Assembly: GCF_006345805.1 (NCBI RefSeq)
Contig: NW_021828354.1
Coordinates: 1-8,745 of the forward strand
Reading direction: 5' to 3'
Length of the DNA stretch: 8,745 nucleotides
Source: Octopus sinensis
Taxonomy: Eukaryota
Shown: one piece after another, positions 1-8,429 of the stretch
How positions within the stretch are numbered: the first letter of the stretch is position 1
How the letters are laid out: each line of letters begins with the position of its first letter
The notes under the pieces: generated by a model
What the model was told of the DNA's origin: nothing
What the model saw: the letters and a program-made list of their open reading frames with translations, nothing else
Databases searched by the model: none
Translations under genes and position numbers: made by a program

Positions 1-58
1 GCAAGGAGGGGGAACGAAGAAGGGAAAGAGAGAAAAAGGAACGAAGGAGGGTGGAGAA
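1..58. repeat. Purine (GA)-rich low-complexity tract
   Basis: Almost only G and A (gcaaggagggggaacgaagaagggaaagagag...). Confidence 0.8.
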
Positions 59-494
59 AAAATTGTAACGATGTTATGGCATCTATAGAGGCCAGTATAC
101 ATACACAAGTTGAATTGATACATATACATACGTCGTGTATATGTGTGCTTAAGCACAAGCATACTTTCACTTACACATACACAGATACGCATGCTTACAA
201 ATACATATGCTTTGCTATACACATACTTATATAAAACATTCTAATTTTGACACACATTGCTTTTTTTTAAAAAAACATGCTTTAAAAACATGGGTGCATT
301 AATAAAAATATAACGAAAGACATATAAAATAAAATATAACATCCTATTTTGGGTATTTATAAATAATCAGGGTAATATAAATAATCAAGGTAATCCTATG
401 CAATACAATACATGAAAACAAAGTTTGTAGGTTTTTCCTAATATATTATGTAGAAACTAAGACTTTGCTATAAATCCGTCGTAGCGCTCAAGAG

Positions 495-521
495 TCAAAA
501 TCAAAATCAAAAAATCAAAAA
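495..521. repeat. Short (AAAATC)n simple repeat
   Basis: tcaaaatcaaaatcaaaaaatcaaaaa, lying just 3' of the PLE coding remnant on the minus strand. Confidence 0.8.
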
Positions 522-540
522 TACAAGATATATACTCTAT

Positions 541-1085
541 CCATATGGTATATTTATATTCGACATTTTAAATTTAGCGCGTGCCTACATAAGTTCATTA
601 ATCACTTCTTTGATTCAAAGAATTATTGTCTTTGAATAAGATGTGCATTTTCTCTAATAGGCAAAGTCTGCACTTGAAATTATATTTGTAAGCTCCATGC
701 CTGTATGGTGCCGCCCTGTCCAGAATGCTCCATGTCACGTTGAAAGGTGGGGCTTCCTTTCTTTAGTTCCAGACGTATTTTGCTAGGCTGGTTTTCTTCC
801 TATTCTCTGGGTATTTAAAAGAATTTTATGAGAATAAAATCTTGTTTTAAATGAATTTTCTGAAGCCCTGGTATGTCTTGTATTCCGATGAGCCTTCCAC
901 TTGCACCTGGCTCTATAAACTACTCCTTTCACTAGACATTTCCCTTCTAACGGACAGGAGCTTCGTTTTTGAAATTACATTTCTTAATGGGCTCGGCACC
1001 ATGTCTAATCTCAATTAGCTTCCTATTATGTTGGCTAATGTAAGAGGCGAAATCTCTGCAACAAGAATAGCTAACCTTCACTCCA
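541..1085 (-). mobile_element. Degenerate Penelope-like retroelement fragment (Cys/His linker plus GIY-YIG endonuclease)
   Basis: Minus-strand translation with about 6 frameshifts: VKVSYSCCRDFASYISQHNRKLI..KKCNF../SCPLEGKCLVKGVVYRA/VQVEGSSEYKTYQG/SENSFKTRFYSHK/FKYPENRKKTSLAKYVW/..NVTWSILDRAAPYRHGAYKYNFKCRLCLLEKMHILFKDNNSLNQRSD/MNLCRH. This follows the known PLE C-terminal order: KVSYSC, CxC, CPLxGxC, GIY-like GVVY (926-915), YIG-like YQG (873-865), catalytic R, CxLCxxEK, LNxR, CRH. Confidence 0.88.
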
Positions 1086-1142
1086 AACACTATTGCTCTC
1101 TACTACAAATCGCTTGCTTGCATCCAACTTTATTACTAATAT

Positions 1143-1392
1143 AATCATCATTGTCGTCGTCGTCATCATCATCATCATAATCATCGATTAACGTCCGTTT
1201 TCCATGATGGCATGGGTTGGACAGTTTGACTGAAATCTTGGAGAGCCAGCTGCTGCAACAGGCTCCAATCTAGTCTAGCATAATTTCTACAGCTAAATGC
1301 CCTTCCTAACGCCAGCTATTCTGAGAGTGTAGTGGGTGTTCTTTATGTCCCATCGGCACAGGAGCCAGCTAGCGGGTCACCGGCCCCCAGCT
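1143..1392 (-). repeat. RTE 3'-terminal module with (GAT/GAC)n tail (could be an independent SINE-like insertion)
   Basis: Minus strand reads ...cacccactacactc..ggcgttaggaagggcatttagctgtagaaa...gtccaacccatgccatcatggaaaacggacgttaatc(gat)n, matching 8400-8554. The tail is 1143-1185. Confidence 0.85.
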
Positions 1393-3220
1393 ACAGTATT
1401 GTTTTACTTGACTCAAGCATACTGCAAGCTTACGCATGTCCTCGGCATCATGGCCCATGTTCACTACCGTATAGCATGGCAGTTCACACACATGCATCAT
1501 ACAGTCCACCTTTCCCCCTGAGTGAGAGGCCATTAGCTGCCAGCAGAGGTAGGAGCTCCCTGAATTTGCCCAGGCTATTATTACTCTAGTTGCTACACTC
1601 GCAGAGCAATTACTCCCACTACATACTTGGTCGCCTAGGTAGTAGAAAGTATTACTACTTCTAGTTTCTTCCCCAGGCATGTAATGGAAGCTGTTTTCTG
1701 AACACCTTCAGTGTTTATTGCCCACTGCATCTGCCACACACAAGAAATAATTTTCCAAGTTAACCTTCCTTTGATATTGCTGCCACTTTTATGTGTCCAT
1801 AGCTTACACCGGGTGCATCGTATGGAGTTTCTACCGATTGCCTTTTCTACAGAGGAGTTTGTGATTTGACAGCCTGCACACTAACTAAAACTTTGGTTTT
1901 GGCTAGGTTAACCCTAAGGCCATTCAATTCTAGACATGCTTCCACGCCTTACCTTGGCTCCAGTTCCGGCAGTGACTCTGCTATTAGTGCATGGTCATCA
2001 GCATAGAGGAGCAGCCTGTCTTGAATTCCTCTGTTATTGCCAGGAGGACTATAATGAATAAGAGGGGGCTGAGGACTGATCTTAGGTTGACCCTTACCCT
2101 ACCCGATATTCTTCAATACTGTACTCGTTGCCAACCCTCACCTTACTGTACATGGCTTGTACAGCTCTCAATAAACATTCATCCATCCCTAGTCTCCTCA
2201 TTGACCACCAGATAGGGGATCGGGGGACCCTGTCAATGAAAGTCAGTAACAGAGTTTTATCTTGGACTAGCTATTTCTCCTGCATCTGTCTTATCAGAAA
2301 TATAGCATCAGTGGTGCTTTCCCCTGGCACGAACCGAAAACTGCATCTCATTAGACTGCCTCTATCCCTAATTACTTGGGCTATGACCCTCTCCGTGACC
2401 TTCGTTACCTGATCCAACAACTTGATACCTCTGTAATTATTTGTATATAATGCGTCACCTTTACCTTGTTAGCAGTTGACTATGGTGCTGCTACACAGTC
2501 ATTGGGTATCACTCCTTCATGTATCACCTGGTTGACTAGGCTATAGCCGACACCGCCAGATATTTTGAGCATCTCTGTGGTGATTCCTGATTGTCCGGGG
2601 GCTTTCCCTGTCTTCAACCTTAATTGCTTTACTTACCAAGGCACTGTCAATTTAGATAGATAGCTGGTCCCTCTGTTGGGCAGCATTCGGCAGACTCTCT
2701 TTCTCACATTCATCACTTTATTAGCAAACTTTCATAATGGCATCTCCAAACCTGTCTCTTTGCAGCTTCGTTTAAAACATTTCTCTCCTAGGACATCGCG
2801 ATTCTCTCTCACACACTGTCTGGCAACAGGAAAATACTTCAAGTCTTTGGTCATCACGGCGCAGTACATTGGCAAATTTTTCCTTATCTGCTTCCCCTCT
2901 GGCCAAATAAACCTGTCTCCTAGCTTCCCCTTTGGCAGCCTGATACAATTTCCTGCTATCACCGGTCTTCCAGTCCTTCAAAGCCTGTTTCTTTTCCTTA
3001 CTAGCCCTGTCAACAACATTGTTCCACCACCACGTTACCTTGGGTTGAGAGGAGACTTTGCACCATCCACAGATCTGGTCACTAGCCCTCAAAAGGTTGT
3101 CCTGTAGAAACCTCCAGTTGTCTTCCACAGCTTTGAGTAATATGTCTCTCAATCTCTTTTTGCAGGATCCTTAAGCTTTCAGACCCTTCTCCACCATTCT
3201 GGTCATCTTCTGGGCATCCA
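1143..3220 (-). mobile_element. Old, 5'-truncated, internally deleted RTE-clade LINE (same family as 4968-8554)
   Basis: The reverse complement aligns collinearly with ~5600-7545 and ~8370-8554. ORF remnants include WRFLQDNLLRASDQICGWCK...WWWNNVVDRA and FYYLGDQV...AEDMRKLA. It has many indels and stops and ends in a (GAT)n tail. Confidence 0.93.
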
Positions 3221-3222
3221 TT

Positions 3223-3240
3223 TATATATATATAAATATA

Positions 3241-3295
<55 letters not shown>

Positions 3296-3303
3296 ATATA
3301 TAT
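3223..3303. repeat. Compound microsatellite (TA)n(TG)12(TA)n
   Basis: Directly visible; abuts the 5' end of the minus-strand RTE. Confidence 0.97.
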
Positions 3304-3634
3304 GTACAAAACTTATATATAAAATGTACAAAAGGGGACAAGAACGCAAACTACACAAAGAGACGACACAAAAAAACAGACAGGTCATTCAAAGCCTCTA
3401 ATCTTCAGTCAGGAACCGGATCATCTTAGCAATTTCGGCTGATTAATCCTGATATCGCTCCGATCCGGCCAGCCCCAAGGAAAAACTAAGCTCCAAGCAT
3501 TAGATTTCTTGGAAAAACGATCGAATGTATACAAAGACAGAAAACCGGACGATGCCACACGAATATAAATACAAGAAACAAAAAATAAAAATAAAAAACA
3601 AGAATAGTAATAACAGGACAGCGGGAGTCTTCGT
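3304..3634 (-). repeat. Putative dispersed repeat fragment bounded by (TA)n (possibly PLE terminal-repeat derived)
   Basis: Non-coding, T-rich on the minus strand and bounded by (TA)n on both sides. It shares a GAAA..AGATGA..GACTGAAGA motif with 3655-4067. The family assignment is inference. Confidence 0.35.
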
Positions 3635-3654
3635 GTATATACATATATATATAT
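3635..3654. repeat. (TA)n microsatellite
   Basis: tatatacatatatatatatg. Confidence 0.9.
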
Positions 3655-4067
3655 GTTCTCAAACAATAGCGTTCGTAAAAAAATTTTATTTCGTTTGGCT
3701 TAACAGCCCTTCTTGTTTGTGTTACTGTTATTCTCAGTGTCCTGTCTTTTACTGTTTATATTTTGTACTGTCGTTACTGTCCTGTTTTTGTTACCATTTT
3801 TACCCCTCCACAAAAAAATCTAAAATTTTATTTAATTTAATTTTCGTGGGAAGGAAATTTTCATTGAAGTCATGTATTGCCTTGACCTTTGAAACGGTGA
3901 GTAGATGAAATTAAGGCGACTGAAGAACGAGAATTTTAGAATTTTCCTTGTTTTGTATGTCCTGTACTCTATTTTTTCGTTGTTTTAAAAAAATGTCCAT
4001 TTCCTTGGTTTTGTGTTTATGTTTTCGTTTCTCATTGTGTTCGACGTTTTTTTGGTGTCCTGTACCC
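3655..4067 (+). repeat. Putative dispersed repeat fragment bounded by (TA)n (possibly PLE terminal-repeat derived)
   Basis: Non-coding, T-rich on the plus strand, with four TGTCCTGT motifs (3738, 3778, 3958, 4056) and a hammerhead-like half core at 3856-3912. Confidence 0.35.
3856..3912 (+). ncRNA. Degenerate hammerhead-like motif (3' half of core intact, CUGANGA broken)
   Basis: tttcat/atgaaa stem I, aagtca/tgacctt stem II with a bulge, GAAA-C-ggtga-G-UA. The 5' core reads UUGAAGU. Confidence 0.3.
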
Positions 4068-4068
4068 A

Positions 4069-4154
4069 TATATGCATGTATATATACATGTAGAGGAAGG
4101 TACATACATATATGTATTTATATATGCATATGTTTCATTTATTTATTAATTTAT

Positions 4155-4191
<37 letters not shown>

Positions 4192-4340
4192 GTATAAATA
4201 TATATATGTGTGTATATATATATATGTGTGTGTATATATATACATATATATATGTGTATATATGTATATATATGTGTATATATATATATATGTGTATATA
4301 TGTATATATATGTGTTATATATATATATATATGTGTATAT
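4069..4340. repeat. Long degenerate (TA)n/(TATG)n microsatellite
   Basis: About 270 nt of interleaved TA and TG dinucleotides. Confidence 0.95.
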
Positions 4341-4545
4341 CGATACAATAATTGTTTCTTGTCAGGAACAAAAAATGGTTTAATAGGACTGCAATAGAAG
4401 TGCTCTATTGGAAGAGACAAAAATATCAAACTAAAGTCATTGAACAAGCAAATACAAAGTCAACCGCATGTCATTTCATAATTCGAACATTTATAGAATA
4501 AACATATAACCCGCAAGATGGAACAAAATTCATATGTACAGCACG

Positions 4546-4560
4546 TAATAATAATAATAA
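4546..4560. repeat. (TAA)5 microsatellite
   Basis: taataataataataa. Confidence 0.9.
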
Positions 4561-4783
4561 TATATGGTATGGTGCGAGAAAAATTCTTATCATTAAAAAT
4601 TTAGAATTAATATTTTAGCGATTCAAAGAGAATACATTTATAAAAGACGTAGAAAGTAAAATATAATATAAGTAATATATGGCTTTGTCTTTTGGGCTAT
4701 CAGTGCATGAATACCAAAGTGGGAAAGCAAACAACACCGTACAGGCCTGGTGCGTGATGGCTATCTTTGCGTTTATATATATA

Positions 4784-4869
4784 TTTTTTCCCCTGACGAA
4801 GGAGGTATTATCTGAATGCACCCTAGTGCTTTAAACATAATACACCCCTGAAATGGCCATAGGGATAAG
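4784..4869 (+). ncRNA. Type I hammerhead ribozyme, minimal PLE-type with palindromic stem III
   Basis: Stem I is UUUUCCC (4786-4792) with GGGAUAA (4862-4868), one mismatch. Core CUGACGA is at 4793-4799. Stem II is AGGAGGUAUUA (4800-4810) with UAAUACACCCCU (4838-4849). GAAA is at 4850-4853, then U-GGCC-A, then UA. The cleavage triplet is AUA with the predicted cut after A4861. AUGGCCAU (4853-4860) is self-complementary. Confidence 0.82.
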
Positions 4870-4953
4870 TAAACATTTCCTTCTTATATATAAGGCTTAT
4901 TTTACCTGATTAGGATTTCTAAACGATGAACATTATTTTACTTTATTTACACG

Positions 4954-4968
4954 ATATATATATATATG
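4954..4968. repeat. (AT)7G, left copy of a putative target-site duplication
   Basis: Identical to 8556-8570 at the other end of the RTE. Low complexity, so the TSD call is tentative. Confidence 0.5.
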
Positions 4969-5580
4969 TGGAGAGGAGGATCAGCTAGGTTCCTCACAGG
5001 CAAGGAACACAGGTACAAGATTTTCTGGGCAGGGAACACTGACGGGGTTGGTGGCGTGGGTATACTTATCGCTGAGAAATGGGTAGATAAAGTAATTGAG
5101 GTAATCAGAGTAAGTGACAGAATACTTAAGATTAGATTAGTGCTTCATCATAGTTTAGCAACCATTATATCAGCCTATGCTCCTCAGTCGGGGCTACCCG
5201 ATGGACAGAAAGACCGATTCTATGACACTCTACTGCAGACTACCTCATTGATGAACGACAGAGACCTTATCTTTGTGGCTGGTGACTTCAATGGTCACGT
5301 TGGACGACATGCTGGGGGCTTCCATGGCGTACATGGAGGCTATGGCTATGGCTCCCGCAATGAGGAGGGAACCAGGCTGCTGGAGTTCTGCGATGCAAAT
5401 AATCTTATGATTTGCAACACTAACTTCAGGAAACCTACCAGCCACCTAGTCACTTACCAATCGGGCCAACATACCAGCCAATTGACTACATCCTTACAAG
5501 GCAAAGGGAGAGATGGCTGCTTATAAATGCCAAAACCTTCCCAGGTGAAGAATGTACCCCACAACATAGACTGGTAGTTA
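4966..5580 (+). other. Apurinic/apyrimidinic (EEP-fold) endonuclease domain, N-terminus missing
   Basis: SAYAP, GDFN, IDY and H motifs present. It starts at WRGG, just after where the catalytic QE motif would lie. Confidence 0.9.
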
Positions 5581-7106
5581 GTGACTTTAGGATCAGGACT
5601 AGGAGGACAACCAGAAGACGACAATATGGAGAAGAAGGATCTGGAAGCTAAAGATCCTGCAAATGGACAGAGATTTAGGAACATATTACTTGAAGCCTCT
5701 GACGAAGTAGAAGGGGATAGAGCATCACAGGGGGTAGAAGACAGCTGGACGTTTCTAAGGGACAACCTGCTGAGAGCCACTGACCAGATCTGTGGCTGGT
5801 GCAAAGTCCCCTCTCGACCTAGAATAACGTGGTGGTGGAACAATATTGTAGACAGGGGCTATTAGAGAAAAGAGACAGGCTTGGAAGGTCTGGAAAAATG
5901 GGGTAGCAGCAGGGAATTGTATCAGACTGCCAAAAGAGAAGCTAGGAGACAGGTTTATTTAGCCAGAGGGGAAGCAGATAAGAAAAAATTTGCCAATGTT
6001 CTGCGCCGTGAGGACCAAAGACTGGAGGTGTTTCGTGTTGCAAGACAGTGTGTGAGAGAGAATCGTGATGTGGTAGGAGAGAAGTGTGTTCGCATGGAAG
6101 ATGGTTCACTTGCGCTAAATGAGGATGCAAAGAGAGAGGTTGGAGATGCCACTATGAAAGGTTGCTGAATGAAAGAAAATAAATGGGATAAAGAGAGTCT
6201 GCCGAATGTTGACCCAACAGAGGGACCAGCTATCCGAGTTGATAGTTCTGTGGTAGCTAAGGCAATTAGAAGCATGAAGACAGGGAAAGCCCCAGGCCCA
6301 TCAGGAATCACTGCAGAGATGCTCAAAATGTCTGGTAGTGTCGGCTATAGCCTAGTCACCCATATAGTTAATCAGGTGATACACAAAGGGGTCATACCCA
6401 ATGACTGGTGTAGCAGTATAATAGTCAACTGCTACAAAGGTAAAGGTGATGCCCTAGATACAAATAATTACAGAGGTATCAAGCTGTTGGATAAGGTGAT
6501 GAAGGTTACAGAGAGGGTCATAAGCCAACTAATTAGAGAGAGAATTAGTTTAGATGAGATGCAGTTTGGGTTCGTGCCAGGGAAAAGTACCACTGATGCT
6601 ATATTCCTGGTAAGGCAGCTGCAGGAGAAATACCTAGCCAAAGATAAGCCCCTGTACCTGGCTTTTGTTGACATGGAGAAAGCCTTCGACAGGGTCCCCC
6701 GATCCCTCATCTGGTGGTCAATGAGGAAACTAGGAATAGATGAATGGTTAGTGAGAGCTGTGCAAGCCATGTACAGGGACGCTGCTAGTAAGGTGAGGGT
6801 TGGCAACGAGTACAGTGAAGAATTCCGGGTAGAGGTAGGGGTCCACCAAGGCTCAGTCCTCAGCCCCCTCCTATTTATCATAGTCCTCCAGGCAATAACG
6901 GAGGAATTCAAGACAGGATGCCCCTGGGAGCTCCTCTATGCTGATGACCTTGCTCTAATTGCTGAGTCACTATCAGAACTGGAAAGAAGTTTCAGGTGTG
7001 GAAGCAAGGTTTAGAATCGAAGGGCCTTAGAGTCAACCTAGCTAAAACCAAAGTCCTAATAAGTAGGAAGGTAGACAAATCACAAACGCCTTCAGGTAGA
7101 TGGCCC

Positions 7107-7238
7107 TGCTCGATCTGTAGAAAAGGTGTAGGTAGAAACTCTATAAGATGCACCAAGTGTAAGCTATGGACACATAAGAGGTGCAGCAATGTCATAGGAA
7201 GGCTAACTAGGAAGATGGTTTTTGTATGTGGCAGATGC
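7107..7238 (+). other. PHD-type zinc finger (C4-H-C3) embedded in the RT region
   Basis: CSIC-x10-CTKC-x4-H-x2-C-x14-CGRC, located between GLRVNLAKTK and LEVVDSFRYLG. Confidence 0.85.
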
Positions 7239-7938
7239 TCGGGAGCATTAACCTCTGAAAATCTGCAGAAAACAACTTCCGTCACTTTCCAGGGGAAAAA
7301 CTAGAAGTAGGATAGCTTCCGTTATCTTGGTGACCAAGTCAGTAGTGGGGGTGGGTGTGCTGAAAGTGTAACGGCTAGAGTAAGAATAGCCTGGGCAAAG
7401 TTTAGGAGCTCTTACCTCTGTTGGTGACTAAAGGCCTCTCGCTCAGAGTAAAAGGCAGACTGTATGATGCATGTGTACGAACAGCCATGCTACATGGCAG
7501 TGAAACATGGGCCGTGACTGCTGAGGACATGCGTAAGCTCGCGAGAAATGAAGCTAGTATGCTCCGTTGGATGTGTAATGTCAGTGTTCATAGTCGACAG
7601 AGTGTAAGTACCTTGAGAGAAAAGTTGGACCTAAGAGGCATCAGATGTTGTGTGCAAGAGAGAAGATTGCGCTGGTATGGTCATGTAGCGAGAATGGATG
7701 AAGATAGGTGTGTGAAAAAGTGCCACACCCTGGCAGTTGAGGGGACCTGTGGAAGAGGTAGACCCAGGAAAACCTGGGTCGAGGTGGTGAAGCACGACCT
7801 TCGAACTCTAGGTCTCACCAAGGAAATGACCAGAGACCGAGACCTATGGAAGTATGCTGTGCATCAGAAGACCCGGCAAGACCAGTGAGAACAATCAAAA
7901 TCAAATCACATATCGGAAAGCAGGGGTTAAGTGACCCC

Positions 7939-8429
7939 TCCGTTCGTGTCCGCTGCCAGCCTCGTCTGGCACCCGTGTCGGTGATACGTAAAAGCACCAT
8001 TCGCTCGTGGCCGTTTGCCAGCTCTGTCTGGCCCCTGTGTCGGTGGCACGTAAAAGCACCATCCGTTCGTGTTTGTTGCCAGCCTCGCCTCGCCCCGTGC
8101 CGGTGACACGTAAAAGCACCGTCCGTTCATGGCCGTTTGCCAGCTCTGTCTGGCCCCGTGTCGGTGGCACATAAAAACACCATCCATTTGTGTTCGTTGC
8201 CAGCCTCGGCTGGCCCCCGTGCCGGTGACACGTAAAAGCACCGTCCGTTCGTGGCCGTTTGCCAGCTCTGTCTGGCCCCGTGTCGGTGGCACGTAAAAGC
8301 ACCATCCGTTCGTGTCCGTTGCCAGCCTCGGCTGGCCCCCCGTGCCGGTGACACATAAAAGCACCATCCGTTCGTGGCCGTTTGCCAGCTCTGTCTGGCA
8401 CCTGTGCAGGTGGCACGTAAAAAACACCC
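7939..8429 (+). repeat. GC-rich tandem array: 8 units of 60-63 bp alternating A/B (four ~122-bp dimers)
   Basis: Units start at 7939, 8000, 8062, 8122, 8183, 8244, 8305 and 8367. Type A has gtgtccgttgccagcctcg...gtgccggtgacac; type B has gtggccgtttgccagctctgtctggc...gtgtcggtggcac. Confidence 0.95.

Larger units (their letters stand above)
4966..7888 (+). pseudogene. RTE polyprotein (APE endonuclease - RT - PHD insert - C-terminal domain), split by 11 small indels
   Basis: Joined ORF segments give ISAYAP, GDFNGHVG, NEEGTRLLEFC, QIDYI, QHRLV (endonuclease); GKAPGPSG, NYRGIKLL, QFGF, DAIF, FVDMEKAFD, GVHQGSVLSPLLF, YADD (6937-6948), GLRVNLAKTK, FRYLG (7317-7331) (RT). It ends at TGA 7886-7888. 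I found no nonsense substitutions in the reconstructed frame. Confidence 0.93.

Noticed and set aside
358-393. 18-bp tandem duplication (tataaataatcagggtaa x2)
   Set aside because: It has only two copies in AT-rich sequence and looks like ordinary slippage with no functional evidence.
1991-3107. Plus-strand ORFs at 1991-2412 and 2676-3107, and minus-strand ORFs at 5454-5843, 5955-6326 and 6468-6911
   Set aside because: They are antisense shadows of the RTE coding sequence. Their mutual similarity only reflects the two RTE copies.
3416-3474. Crossed inverted repeats (ccggatc/gatccgg and ggctg/cagcc) hinting at an HDV-like pseudoknot, with GCUAA on the minus strand
   Set aside because: No P3/L3 or GG for P1.1 could be placed and P1 is only 5 bp, so the HDV-like topology is not met.
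3203-4447. ORFs rich in Y/I/C/V/H/T in the spacer
   Set aside because: They are translations of (TA)n/(TG)n microsatellites and T- or A-rich low-complexity sequence, with no domain signal.
4615-4821. 68-aa minus-strand ORF overlapping the hammerhead
   Set aside because: It is short, crosses a TA run and has no recognisable motif.
6941-6947. CTGATGA hammerhead core word
   Set aside because: It is the codon sequence of the RT YADD motif, with no supporting stems.
7939-8429. CRISPR-like appearance of regular repeats
   Set aside because: The units are contiguous with no unique spacers, there are no cas genes, and the context is a eukaryotic LINE.
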